A stretch of DNA of 64,000 nt, from positions 29,822,001 to 29,886,000 of the forward strand of contig NC_087442.1 in NCBI RefSeq assembly GCF_036321535.1, written 5' to 3'. Source of the stretch: Camelus dromedarius. Its lineage: Eukaryota. This document shows, piece by piece, positions 11,177-24,830 of the stretch. The notes below the pieces were generated by a model, which was given only the letters and a program-made list of their open reading frames with translations, had not been told where the DNA came from and ran no database searches. A program made the position numbers and the translations under genes. Each line of letters starts with the position of its first letter. Within the stretch, counting starts at the first letter, position 1.

Positions 11177-11308
11177 NNNNNNNNNNNNNNNNNNNNNNNN
11201 NNNNNNNNNNNNNNNNNNNNNNNNNNNNNNNNNNNNNNNNNNNNNNNNNNNNNNNNNNNNNNNNNNNNNNNNNNNNNNNNNNNNNNNNNNNNNNNNNNNN
11301 NNNNNNNN
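11177..11308. other. Assembly/masking gap, first of seven (others: 32141-32292, 32337-32510, 32908-33040, 51061-51204, 52216-52404, 61211-61362)
   Basis: Runs of N, 132-189 nt long. Confidence 0.98.
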
Positions 11309-11582
11309 AGTTAATCCTTAATAAATCTGGAAAAATGCAAATAAAATTTGAGAAAAAAAGACACTGGGACAAAGGAAAGATCCTTCCAGGAAAGACAGGG
11401 AAAAAATTTAACATGGTATCAATTTCCTCTCCTGAGCTGACCACTCTTGGCCTCCTCAAAGTACTAGCTCTGCTGTCCTGAAGCAGAAGACAAACTACAG
11501 CATATGGTGCAGGTCAGAGTTTATGATTCCAGCCTGATTTAGACTCAGGCTGAAGGCACACTTGGGACATTCAGTCTCATTG

Positions 11583-12107
11583 TGTTGCAACAAAGTGCGT
11601 TACAGCTCAGTGTTACAGTTCAGTTGTGACAGCAACCTGGATCTGGGTGAGACACCAAGCAGCACTCGGAGAGTTGGAGAACTCAGGTTTAATATGCCAG
11701 CAGGCCCAGAGGAGTTAACACTTCAAGCTCTGAACCCCATCTGTAGGTTTACACAGGCTTTTATAGGCTGCCAGTCTACTCTTTGCAACATCATATGCAG
11801 ATAAGTTATAACAAAGTTGACTATTTAGGAACGAGCTTTGTAGAAATGGACCAATCAGGAGTGATAGAAATGGACCAACCAGGACTGAGCTCCATGCAAA
11901 TGAGGCACTATGAATGGACCAATCAGGAGTTAGCTCAGGGAACCAATAGAATCTTCAGGGGTAAGTTCTACTTTCCTAGAAGTAAGCCTTTATAGAGGCA
12001 GAAAGTGAGATAATGCTGCCAGGCCAGGGAACCTGATGCTGCTGGCAGGAGAGTAGTGGCCCTGTCTGGGGGTCCTGCAGGTCTTCTTTATGGGGCTTCC
12101 CACCTCA
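11583..12107 (-). mobile_element. Complete solo ERV1-class LTR (525 bp)
   Basis: TG...CA termini with 4-bp TSD ATTG (11579-11582 / 12108-12111). On the minus strand: TATAAAA (11765-11759), then ATTAAA (11693-11688), i.e. U3-R-U5 order. CCAAT repeats in U3. Confidence 0.85.
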
Positions 12108-14186
12108 ATTGCAGAGACAGGAAACGTATGGCAAAATCGCATAGGAAGTGTTAATTGGTGGTGGGATAACTTTTCAAATACTAATGTCAGCTTCTTGTTT
12201 TCCCTGTTGAACTGCCACCATTTTCCTATTGGGCAATGAGGGAGGGGTACAACTGCTGCTCAGGGAAGGAAGAGCCCACACATAAGAACCAAGAGCTCTA
12301 CACCCTATATTCTAAGCTGTATTTTAAGCTTTTACAGTCAAAAGACATCTCAGCTTAAGATCAAGAAGATTTGATATAGGTCCACTAGCAGGGAGAAATG
12401 AGTGTGTCTTTCTGCCCATCATACTAGATAAAGGAACTTCAAAGGAAGTGGAGAGCTTAGGAAATAAGTGAGTTTTAAGTATTGTAGGAGCTATATGTTC
12501 TGCCAGTCACTCACATAGGAATCTGGTGTGTGTTGTGGGGAGGAAATGATGTAATTAACTTTAAGTAGGAATATGAGGATAAATGGTCTCATGCTCCACT
12601 GTTCATTTAAAATCTTAGAAGGCAGCAGGTTCATAGACGTGATATACTCTGTCTACTAGGGTGCTCTATGAGGGGCAGTGAAATGGTGTATCCACAGTTG
12701 TGAGAAGGGACAAGTTGGCCAAGAGGTCTTGGGACTGGCAAAGCAATAAGTGGTGATGTGATTGGACCGTCCCAGCAGTGAATAAACAGGATTGGCAGCA
12801 CTGAAGTGCGAGGCGACCCACCCATGGGCAGCTGCCCTCTGAGTGTAATATGTTTCACACATGCTGTCCAGTTCCCTGTGTGTCAAGTTACGTCAATAGA
12901 AAAGGTTTTAACATAGGATGGAGAAAAAGGGAGACTGAGAGAAAGACTCCCTGTGCCCACCATCACAACAGAGTGGCCGTTCTCTAATGACCACCTGCCC
13001 TCTTGACCAAAGAGAATGGGTGAGGGATAAAAGTAAGGGTGAGGGATAAAACAGGAGCACATAAACCTTAAATGTGAATGAATAAGAAATGGAAATTGGT
13101 TAAAGGGAATCCCTGGATTGGTCTGAGAAAAATGGAGGTTGACTAAATAGAGATTTTTTTTAACATCATGCAGATATGGGAGCTCACAATAGATAATAAA
13201 TTTGTTACTGGAAATAAAGTTATGTTTTTACAATACAAAGAATTTTTGGACCATTGTATCTGAAAAATGCATGGTATTCAGTACAGCAACATGGCAGTTT
13301 ACATGTGTGCCTGTATACGTGTGTGTTTACAAAATAATTGACTCTGGAAAGCAAGGGTCTTGTGAAATCCATGACAGGAATGCTATCAGGATTAAATTAA
13401 ACTCAGGCATTTTTAAAGTGCATCTTTATAAAAACTGTATAAATGGCACAGCTGAGCCAATTATCTATTTTTCTTTCTAGTGTTTCCACTGAAATGAGAG
13501 GGTATATTTTTAGTGATGTTTTTCCCCACAGTGAAAGAGAGTGAACATATGAGAAGGACAGAGACAGAGGGAGACAAAAGAGTTCCTAGGAACGCTGGCT
13601 CTGCCCTCTGCCTGATATGTCAGGCCCCTCTTCCTCCATGGTGACCTATTGCAAAATCCTGTATTAAATGCCTGCAACCATAAAGGAGCAAAAAGGGATT
13701 CTCAAAGACACTAGGAACTACTGAACAACTGAGAAAAATCAAATTGAAGAAATGGAACTAATGGAGGAAACAGAAAACTTAAAAAAGTCATTAATATCTT
13801 CAGTGACACTCAAGAGATAGCAAACTAATAAAATAAGAATAGAGAATTCTTAAACAAAAGATTTAAAAAAACAGTAAATTTGAGAATCAAAATATGTATC
13901 AGTCAATGGCTAACAAAGTGTAGCAATATTAATGTCAGGTAAAATATAATCTAAGGAACATATTAATTTAACATTGCCTTCCCTTTTATTGTTGTTCTTA
14001 ATTGATTCTTCACACACCATCATACGCCATGGAACAGAATCTATCTTGTTCATTATTGTATCCTAGAGAATTGCCTTACACTTAATGAGTAGAGTAACTG
14101 TTTCTTTAATTGAATTGAATTTAACATGAAACACAAGATCCCTTTTTCAGCAAGCTAGACTGAGGAGAGGCATATAACTTAGGTTT

Positions 14187-14204
14187 TGTGTGTGTGTGTG
14201 TGTG
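14187..14204. repeat. (TG)9 microsatellite
   Basis: Direct reading. Confidence 0.9.
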
Positions 14205-14779
14205 AGATGGGGGATAAATATTAGTGAAAATTTCAAACTCTTTTGTAGCAATTTCATGTGTACTATTTCAAATGCTACTATTTTAGTTCTACGCCCTATC
14301 CGTATTTGTTCACTTTATAATAGAGTGTCAGCTATCTCCTGGAATGCTATTTTAAATTTATATTTGTGATTATAGTCCTGAGGTCAGAAGACTCAAAACT
14401 ACACTGGATCCATTAAGGCTATGGTATCATTGGCTTTAAGCCCAGAAAGAAAAAAAAAATTTATGCCTTTGAATTCCAGTGAATGGAACTTCTGAGTCAC
14501 ACATCCTTGCCTTGCTCCATATGCAGATGCATCCTCAGAAGATGAGAACCATTCTGAAGAGGCATTTCCCTGTTTTGGTCAAGAGTATCCAAAACAATTA
14601 GCTAATTATTTAATTTATTCAAAAAGTTTCTTTTGTCTTTGTACAGTATTGTGAGGCTCATTTCAGAGCCCTTGATATTTTTATCACGTAATTTTCTAAT
14701 GAAATTCAAAAATGTTTAAGAAACTATTATCCAAGCCTCAACTTTCTATTCCTTGAGGAGCCAGCTGTTAACCAGAAAG

Positions 14780-15010
14780 ACTGTGGGCAATCCTGCAGCA
14801 TGGATGAATTACAAATAATTATGCTGAATGCACAAAGGCAGACAAAAAAGAGTGCATATATATTATTTAATTCATACAAAAATCTATGAAATGAAAACCA
14901 GTGTATAGTAACAGATACCAGGTCAGTGCTTTCCTGGGGCAGGTGAGGAAGGAGATAACAAAGATACAGGAAAACTTTTGGAAGTATGGTTATATTTATT
15001 ATTTTGATTG
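14780..15010 (+). mobile_element. Old L1 (L1MD/ME-like) 3' fragment
   Basis: gcagcatggatgaattacaaataattatgctgaat..ggcagacaaaaaagagtgcata. Confidence 0.7.
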
Positions 15011-15084
15011 GGTTTTCTCTTTCTTCTCATTTTTCAAAAGGCAATTTGGGTAGATCTCATATTTTCTTAAAAGACTGCAGGTAT

Positions 15085-15310
15085 ATTGAAAGTGGTTAAA
15101 AGCATAGTTTTTAGAGTTAGCTTCTTGGGACTCAGATTCCAGGTCTGTGATTCACCTTCGGCAAGTGAATTAATCTCCCCAAGTTCTAGTTTTCTCATCT
15201 TAAAAATGGAGATAACAGTAGAACATCTCACAGAATTATTTTAGGGATCAAATAAGATAACACATAACAAACACATAGCATAGTACCAGGTATACACAAA
15301 ATGTCAGGTA
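15085..15310 (+). mobile_element. MIR SINE, near full length
   Basis: gtggttaaaagcatag..ggcaagtgaattaatctc..ttttctcatcttaaaaatggagataacagta. Confidence 0.8.
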
Positions 15311-18300
15311 CTATCCAGAATCCTTGAAAAGTCCCCACTGACGATGGGGAAACCTAGAACTGAGCCTCCTGTCATGGTAGGGGGCAAAGAAGAAAGTTAG
15401 CAGAGACCGCTGTAAAATCCCACTTTGGCACATTTCCTTTATTGGGAGAAATAATACTGCACTGCTGGTGTAAAACCAGAGAAATAAACATGGAGGGAAG
15501 ACTTGATGTGAGAAATAATAAAGAAATTAGCTAACACCTGTGCAAATAAATAAGCAATCTCAGGAAAAGACACCAGAAACACTATTATCTGTGCCATTAA
15601 GTGACTACTTTAAACTGAAGGGAACTTTTTTAGGGGGAGGTTTGGGGTGGGTGAGTGGGTGGCAAGTTACATTTTAAGAATAGATGTGGTCAGTGGAGAA
15701 AGAAGAGGATCCAGAAGTTGATTACCTCTTATCTGTTCTTTGATTCCACACGTACTCAGCTACTCCTTTTGCATGTATGTTGTTTCTCTTCATATCCTGA
15801 ACTCAGCTACCTTCCATTGCTCCAACGCACACACTCGAATTAAAATAAACTTCCTATTTAGGGCAACAAGTGTTTTCCTCATGAAATGGTTTCTAGTGAA
15901 AACTTTAAAAGGTGAGGTTGAATTCCTTACATTTCTTTTGTCTACACCCTGATTTCTTTGGCAAAACATCTGTTTTTAGGTTTTGGACATTAAAACATAT
16001 GTTAATAATCATTGATTAGACTAATCTGGCAGTTATGCCCAAAGATGACTAACTTCCCTGCAAATGGCATGATAATGAACAAATATAGGAAATATCTAGC
16101 ATCTTTCTAATATGAAGTGAAATATGCTTTGACAGTTATTCTAATCCTTCCCAATAATAGGTTATTATTAGATTTTTCAATTCTTCCTCTTCCTCTTTTC
16201 ATATTTAATTTTAAAAATTATTTAATGGATTTTAATATAAGATTTTGCTTTGAAAATTTTCACAGGACCTCTTTGAATCCGTCACTCTTTGGAGAAATAT
16301 TTGAGTAATAGTATTTGTTCCTTGGTGATAATACTTTTTTAATCCGCCTGTATTATAGTTACATGTGTACAGTTCAAATTAGTCTTCTCATTTAAACACA
16401 GAAATGATTTCCTTTTCATGAGTACTTATAATGTGCCAGGCACAGGTGAAATATATTACCTTTCGAATTTTTTTATTTGCCGATGTCTTTTCTATGTGCT
16501 TGTTAGCAGCATTTGATTTGGAGGAAGTTTTTTTGTTTGTTTGTATTTTAATGGATATTTGCTTCCTGGGATGATGGGTTTTTCAGTGGCACTCTGCCTA
16601 AATGCCTGGGAATGATTATCAGGCAAGCTTTTTTTGTATTAGGCTATGGATGTGGCTTGGGGAGATAATGAGGAATGGATTGGGCAATAAAATCCATTGG
16701 GAACTGTGTAAAACTTCCCTCTGGCCTCACATGGCTTATGGCTTAAGGCATATTAATGAGCTTTGCTGAAAGCACACTGGAAAACAAAACAATAACCAAA
16801 AAATGCACTAAATGCATTTGTAATTGCATATACAATTTAATTATTCAGGTAATTTGTATGTAAGCAATTATACATGTAACTATATAGTGAGACATGGCTT
16901 TCTTCTCCAATGTAACTCCCCATAATTTGGTTGGATGAAATATAAATTTACTAGCAAAATAAAATAACAGCTCCAAGTTATTCTACAAGGCAGTAATGTT
17001 TACAAGAGGAAGTTTTGTTTTTTATTCATGTGTCACCCTAAAGATCATATGGTCCTAAGGCCCCTTCCAGGGATATGCAGGATCTGCAGAATATGATTCT
17101 ACTCTGAAATAGAGCCAGGATCCTAGACGGAGAGGAAAGTGGAGTAATTCAGACATTGGTATTACTAGGAAGATAATTATTACATATGGAGACATATTTA
17201 ATATAGCTCATATGTTTCATGCATGTATTATGCTAAAAGTCTCTTTCTCCTTAACCTACTTTACTGAAGACCAAGAGTGGGATTGGGTGGGTTTAGGGAG
17301 ATAGAAGAGAAAACCAAGTCCTCCCACATATTTAATGTAGACAATTATCTTTATCTGAGATGGTGAGGAAATTGCTCTGATGTTTAAAAGTTACATTAGT
17401 TAATGCCACTGTTTTAATTCTGCAATTGAGTTAACTGCTGTACCTAGTTGGGAATAGGTTTTATAATAACATGATGCATGGTTCAAGTAAATACATACTT
17501 TCTGAGGTAGTATACCCTGAACGCACCTTATTCTTTCATGACCAATTCTTCTAGGAGTGTTTTGTTTGCTGACTTAGCATTCAAGAAGACAAAATAAATT
17601 ACTTTTATTATATGAGACATTGGAATTATTTGCTCTGAACACAAACACAATAACATTTCAAACTGGCAGAATGAATATTTACAAACACTTTAAAAGAAAG
17701 ATTGTGTGTTTTTCAAGCCTTCCTCACATGAAAGAAAGGCAATCTCTTTGTTTTGTAAATATTGACAATGATTAAGTTATTTGGCATGCAGTAGGTAGTT
17801 CCTAAATTTGATGACTAAGTGGGTGATTGAATAAGAATTTAGAAACACTATGGAGCAGACTAAGTCAAAAAAGGATTTTCTTTCAGAGTAGATATGCTTC
17901 TCAAAGGGCTGTTAGCTATGTTGTTGGTATAAGTTCTCTGATACGTTTTTCAGCTGAAGTTACTGTAGGAATAATGTTCTTCTTTACCCTACTCTACCTC
18001 ACCATACTTTTTAATTAAAATTACCTGAAAGTCAATTGATCAACATGTTTTAAACCGGTTCATGAGTGAAACAATGTGCTAACTACAACCAACCTCTCCC
18101 AGGAATTGCTTGTCTAATTTCCTGATTCCAAGGGAGACCTGTTTTTGGAAATGATACCTTCTATTATTCTTTTGGATCTGCTGCCTTTTTCCTGCTAGCC
18201 TCAATCTGGCTCAGTGAATGTGGAGAATATACTGCTAGTGTCCCACCATCCAAGTTTAGCAGGTCTACATTCCTGGTCTCATTTCTACTTCCTTCTTTTC

Positions 18301-18449
18301 ATTCCCTGTCCACCACCCAATACTTAGTTCCTGGTACAGCCCTGCCATGCAGCCATTTCTGCTGTTTGGAACTTTTGCCACATGACCCACCAGGCCCAAG
18401 GGTGATATTTGTAGATGCTTATCGTAAGGGTGAACACTTGCGATGTAGG

Positions 18450-18595
18450 TGATTGTGAAAGAGCCCAGAACTGGGTGTCAGGAACCTGGTGTACAGTCCG
18501 TCCTGGCTTTGCCACTCACAAACCATAATCACTGGGCAAGTTGTTTAGCTTCTGTGGCTTCTATATTCTCATCTGTAAAATAAGATTTGATGCTA
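18450..18595 (+). mobile_element. MIR SINE fragment
   Basis: ctggctttgccactcac..actgggcaagttgtttagcttctgtgg..ctcatctgtaaaata. Confidence 0.7.
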
Positions 18596-19689
18596 AGTAA
18601 TTATTAAACTCTCTGTTCTGGATCAAATATTTCTCTATTAATATAAAATAGCCATTTCAAGGAACAGAAATATAACTAAATTTTTTGATGCTCTGTGAGT
18701 TGTGGAACATTAAACATGTTGATTTTCCATATAAAAATTTTTTGTGAAAAATAACTTATTGTTAAATAGTACTGCAGCCTTGCTTTGAAAAAATTGTTTT
18801 TAAAGAAAAATGTGCTTTTAAAACCCTGCCTAGTGTATTCTAAGATTTTAAATAAAGGTTTAAGACTTTGTATAATTAACAAACCATTTCAAATTAGTGA
18901 AAACCCACTTCAGTATAAATTAGGATAAATGAATGTCCTGATTTATTTTGTTCTGGACTAAAGACTGAAGTCTAAAGAATACATAAATAAGCAAGCAAAA
19001 TAGAGCTCATTGGAAAATCACATCTGTCCACTATCATCACACAAAAAGGCACATTGTGTGGTCTTAAGAAAGATTACACATCATCCAAGGGAGGAAGCTC
19101 TTTCTTTAAGGCAGAGACGAATAACTAGAAAAGCAAAGGGTTTTGTGAGAAAAATCAAAGACTGGGTGGGTAGAGCCGGAATTAGAGGAAGAATTGGGAC
19201 AAGAGGAAAAAATCAAGGACAAATAGAATTTTTAACTGGACATTCAGGCTTGCAGGCACCATCTGAAATTGCAAAAGGAAAAAAAAAATGAAACTGGGAT
19301 ATGATTAGGAGAGGCACATTCTGTATGTTGAACAAAATATACTGAAAGAATGAACATGATGATTTAAGAAGGAATGTATTATTTTTTTCGTTCAGTTTCT
19401 TGCAATTCAGCATTTGAATGTGAGTATAAAGTGCATATCCAGAGTATAGAATATTAACTTCTGTAACAGCTGGATCATACCAAACAGGGTGACTAGGGCA
19501 TCTAGAGATAAGGTCCCAAAACATACATGTTCAAATTCTATGAAGCAAGGAAGAACTCCCACTTATAAGTGGACAGTGCTATTAGAAGTTGGATGTTACT
19601 CCATCAGGAAGGGTGATGTGCCTCCTGGTCATTTCCAAGAAAAATAAAAATAAATGGATAAGTTTGAGCCTGGGATCCCTTCCATGGGA

Positions 19690-20090
19690 GATATTGTTGA
19701 TTGGCTTGCCCAGCACTTAGTCTCAGCTTATTTTTCCCTTCCAACCCAATTACAGAGACTGAAAAAGTAAAATACTTGCTTTCCCAGCCTCCCTTAGATA
19801 AACTGAGGGTGGCCGTGTGACTAGCGAGAGATAAGCAGTCATCTGCTGTGATCTTCACTGTCCCCTTGTCCTTTCTGCTTGAAGGAGGACACATTCCATA
19901 TAGCTGTGGTAGTTATCTTGCGACCATGAGGGAAAGGGTGAATGAATCAGACAGCAGTCATCACATCACTGAGCCACTGAATCCATGCCACCATCATTTA
20001 CCTTTAAACTTATATAATACAGATAATTTCCCACTTGTTTAAACCTCTAATAGCTAGTTTCACTCCTTCTTGTAGGTGAATGCATCCTAA
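19690..20090 (+). mobile_element. ERVL-MaLR LTR (MLT1I/J/K-like)
   Basis: gctttcccagcctccctt..gggtggccgtgtgact..cttgcgaccatgaggg..gtttaaacc..gaatgcatcctaa. Confidence 0.65.
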
Positions 20091-20599
20091 TACCCCTTCC
20101 AGAGAAGCAAATTCTATGCTATGCTTCCACATTACGCACTCTGATCCCACAGTGAGGAGAAACTTATTTTGCTTAGGTCTCTTATTCTCTTTCCGTGAAC
20201 AAGCAGAGTCCCTTCCCAGGGGGGCAGCTTGGCAGACAGACACGAGTGCATGCCGAGGTCACTCTGGCATCCTGCGTGTTGAAAGGAACAGGGGTAAAGG
20301 CTAGTCTCAGAAACAGAAGCTCTCTGCTCTGGGCAGAAGCAGACTAGGGCCGTAGAATCTAGCATGTTCCTTGCTCTGCATCTTCCTTCTTTCCTCATCC
20401 ACAGGACAATCAGAAAGACAAACAGCTCAGGGTCTCTCTGTGTCTAAGAAACTATTCTCTCTCTCCCTACCCTGCTCTCTCTCTCCGTGTGTGTGTGTGC
20501 AGTCATCTCTATGCTTCCTCCACTCCCAGTAAGTAGTAAGTAAGACAGGGAAAGTGGGAATGGAGTCCGGTACCACACCTACAAGGAGGAAAACTCACC

Positions 20600-20680
20600 T
20601 TGAGATCAGTAGTAGAAAGGGGCCTCCAAGCTTGTTGTCATCAGCGATAGTAAATGGAAAGATGTAGAGTAGCTTAAATG
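20600..20680 (-). mobile_element. Possible CR1/L3 reverse-transcriptase relic
   Basis: Minus-strand translation FTIADDNKLGG resembles the CR1 RT motif FADDTKLGG; short and weak. Confidence 0.3.
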
Positions 20681-23600
20681 TAGTAGACAATATAGAAAAA
20701 TGGATAAAATTTATACAGAATAATCATTTGGGGTGGGAAAATAGAGACTGTTCACAAAAACGAGAGAAGACTGTGGAAAGGTCATCCTGGCCTCATTTTC
20801 TCTTCTAGTTGCTTAGATTACGTTAGCAGTGAAAGTAACTGGTCATGCAGATGAAATGTGTACAAGTGAAACCTGAACCATGTTGGATATGTAGCTACTC
20901 ATGGAGACATCCCACGGACGGTCTAATTGACAGAATCACCAAATTGGCGAGAAACTATGCACATATTAATGGAAAATATCTGGACTACTAGTTTGGCCTG
21001 CAAAAGGGAGAATAAACTTGAATGAAAAATAGTACTCACTGGAAACATCTGTCCTCTGTAACACCCACGCAAGTCTTAACAGGGGTAAGGAAACCTTTGC
21101 CCCAGCCTTCTGAGGTGTTGCTTAATAAAAACTATGAAATCTGTGACAGAGACCACTGTCATCATAGAACAAGAAAAGCTATTTAGATATAAAGCCATTA
21201 ATACTTAGTAATATTAATATTGATATTAAATTGTAACCTGACATATTATTTGTGCTGAAATAAGATGGTATCTAATGATATTAATATAGAACATCTGGTT
21301 TACTTCATTTAACTCTTAAACACATTTATGGTGAACTTTCTTAATCATGAAAGAAATGTCCCTTTGCTTGTAAAGAATTAAGAGTCTCTATGATCTGAAT
21401 TGGTGATCAGATTTCCTCTATTAATCATAAAAATGTGAAACTCACCCATACATTCTAGAATTGAGACAATTACAGATATGAGTTTTTACTTTCACTGATA
21501 GCTTCAGTGGTTTTTTGGGAATTACATACAAATCATTTATTAACCATCAATATATTTTCTGAGAAAATTAAGTGCATTAATATATCCACTGATACTGGGA
21601 GTTAGTATTGGGTACTTTTCATTTCCACTTTAGTGTCATCTTTATTAGTTCTTCCTGGTTATCACTGATTTTTGATGAAGGAGGAGTTTATAAAGATAAT
21701 AAACCAAAACCTAAAGAACTCTGCTGTTGGGAGCAGTGCACATTTTTCTCAGAGTGAGAAGTGGAAGTACAAAGCTTGGTTAATATTCTGAACAGTGCAG
21801 TTTAATATGACCTAATTGATGGATTTTCCTATTGACTCCCTAGAGACCAAAAAGTTTTGACTGTCAGGAAACTTTTCTTGTGTTTATTCTTCAATTTTCT
21901 TTTCATATTTTCCAATCATCATTCCTTATTAATTTCCCTCTGTGGACTACCTTAAGTGATTTCTCATTTTAATGGCATTTATGCTCTTCTATTTCCTGGT
22001 TAGTTGTGATCCTGCCAATGATATATTTTCTTAATCTTCACTCATAGCTTAATTCCTCCAATAACATTTCAATGCTCATTAAACATTTCTTTCAACATGC
22101 CTCTGTCTTTAAAATACCAGATATAAGTGTAGCAGTGTCATCCGCATATCTAGAGAGTTTTAATTAAGGAAATTGTACTGCAATGATAAAAATCTCTCAT
22201 TCCATATGATTTTCCACTATTGTATTTAACCATGGATTTGTATCATGTTCATCAACATTTATTATTAAAAATTTCCTTCAGTATGATTCCCCCTGAACCA
22301 AATAATTTGTCAAAAAAAACCCCTCATTTTCCTGATGAAAAGTCTGACATGTTCATTTAACATTGTGTGGTGTGTGTTGTCTGTATATAAAACAGCAAAG
22401 TGAACACACCCCGTACCCTTTGCACTTTTGACGTATTTCATACTATTGCAGGCACAGTATTTCTGTGATGTTCTCCTAGGATTATTAAGGTTTATTCTGG
22501 AGCTGTTCTTTGTAGAGTACTTGTTACTCTTCTTCACAGATGACTGCAAGGAGTCTCATATACCAAAAAAAAAAAAACCTCTGAAGGAGGAAGATTTTAA
22601 CTGTTTGCTCTAGTGACTAATCTCTGGTTGGAGAACCCAATGTTTGATATATTAGATAATTTATGAGAGAAAATATCAGGCTCCCAAAATGGCCAGAGGA
22701 GAATCCCCTTTGGTCATCAGTTGTATTGAGAAATATTGTGACTCATATTAAAAAGAGTTTGGCAGTAATAGTATCATGGGCAAAGGGTTTAAATAAATAC
22801 ATGGCTATACATGATCTCTTTTTGTTCTAGTAAGAATAATCTTAATCTTGTACTTCAGTATTTTAGGTTGATAGCCATGAGATTTGGGGAGGAAAAAAAG
22901 ATTAGAGTAAAACGGGACTTATGCACTTCAGGAAGCATAGAGTTAGTTTTGCAGATGTTTGTTATCCTCTCTTCTTCTCAGCACACCAATATGATGAGTG
23001 ACCCTTCCAGCCAGGACAAGTAAGAGATGATTGTGCCTCTGTCTAAGGGGTACCTTCCACGTCTATGGCTAGCACAGTGGCTGCTACCAACTGTGAGGGG
23101 CTTTAGAGGCTCCATTGACATTTTCACCCACAACTTCTTTCACAATCGCTTGTAAGATACTAACTTGTTTGGTTTATAATTGGTGAACACAGAGCATATA
23201 TTTTTTGAATAAGATAGCTCCTAAGTTATGTAACTCCAGAATTTATAGGAAAAAATAAAGTAACAGAGATCTTTAAAAAAGATTTTTAAAATGTAGCATA
23301 GTACTAGGGGACTACTCTACTACATTGGGGAGCACTGCAGAATTAAGCTTTATTATTCTAGAAAAAAAATGATCACAACCCCAGGAAAACCTTCCTTTGG
23401 CTTCTAAGTATTTTACAAATCTAGGGATTCTCTGTTGCAAGTATCACTTGCTTACTTATTGAGTGTTTCCCTAAATAAGTAGTGTCATCTCCCAGTGGTC
23501 GTTAATATTCTTCTCCAAAGATTCCATCTGTCAGAAATGGTGAAATGTGATCAACTGTAAATAGCATGAACTATTTTCATTGGTTCCTGTGGTCTACCAT

Positions 23601-24269
23601 GGCTTGCTTCTTCTCCCAAGAGGAAACAGAAGTTCTGTTCAACACAGTTGAAAAGTTTCTAGCTTCCAAGTGTCACACTAGGAGTAGAGACACAGCAGTT
23701 TTCAAACAAACAGCTGATACTTCTCTTTTTCTCTTCTAGTGCATATTCTATCACCTCCCCATTTAAATTTTACTCTCTCACCTTTGTTTGAACTAAAGCT
23801 TACCATTCATTTTGAGCCAATTAAAACTACAAGAGGGAAATAATCTGTGTTGTTAAGTAACTAATGCTACTATGATAGTACAGCGAAGTGAAAAATCTAA
23901 CTAAAGATCATATGGGCAAGATTTCAGTGGATGATATTTTCAAGGCAGAATAAAATTTGCCAACTACAACTATTAATTTCACACATATGAAATTATACTC
24001 ATATTTAATCCATATTTGTATTGTCTTATATTTTATAACATTTTAAATATATACTATTCTGTGACATTTGAGCCTTGAAATAAATGAAGGATAGGTAGAT
24101 ACAGAGATTTAGTTTACCACATATAAATCATTAGTAGAAGAGCCAATACTGGATCCTAGAAAATTCCTTATAAAATTTACCTGCTTGTATTAGAAAACAT
24201 TGTTGAATTGTAATTCAGTGAATTAGTTAAGAAATTCTTGTTGATTTGCCAGTAAGTGTTTTAAATGAT

Positions 24270-24830
24270 ATACATGCTTTCTGGAAGGCAATTTAAAACA
24301 TTTTTTGTGCCCTTTGACCCAGGAATTCTACTTCTAAGAATATATTCTAAGTAAATAATGGATGCTTGCACAAAGACTTAGCTACAAAGAGGTCTTCTGA
24401 AGCATTGTTTATGTATTATGTAGAGTAAGTAACAGTAGCACTACCTGCTATAAAAGAAATCCACAAATTTTATGACCCAGCATAGAGAAAAACGTATTTC
24501 TTGCTTGCACAGATTCCAAAATGGATGGTGAGTGTGCAGCCATATAATTATTCAGAGACTCAAACCCCTTGCACCTTGTAATTCCTGAGGCCTAGGAGTC
24601 CTGTGAGGGAGATCCTGTGCCCTTGGGTGACCTATGTGGTAACAAAAATATGGAGGTCATGTGAAGATGAAATAATCTCTCTACAAATTTTAATTGTGAA
24701 TACACTTTAAAATAAATTATATCCATATGGTAGAATACTGAGCGGTCGTGGAAAAAAATTTTATCACTGAATGCAGTGAAAAGATGTTCTTGATGTATTG
24801 AGTGAAAAGTGTGTATTAAAAACAGTGCTT
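24270..24830 (+). mobile_element. L1ME-like 3' fragment interrupted by a MaLR-like LTR piece (~24430-24620)
   Basis: ccctttgacccaggaattctacttctaagaatatattctaag..., resuming at atggtagaatactgagcgg..ttgagtgaaaa. Confidence 0.55.

Noticed and set aside
12600-12900. GC-richer segment with two minus-strand ORFs, possibly ERV internal sequence
   Set aside because: No gag/pol/env motif identifiable, and it is not contiguous with the LTR, which has its own TSD.
13018-13051. Short direct repeats (GGGTGAGGGATAAAA x2; similar at 37831-37865, 42449-42472, 49584-49610)
   Set aside because: Two-copy slippage duplications; no spacer array or CRISPR-like structure, and the DNA is eukaryotic.
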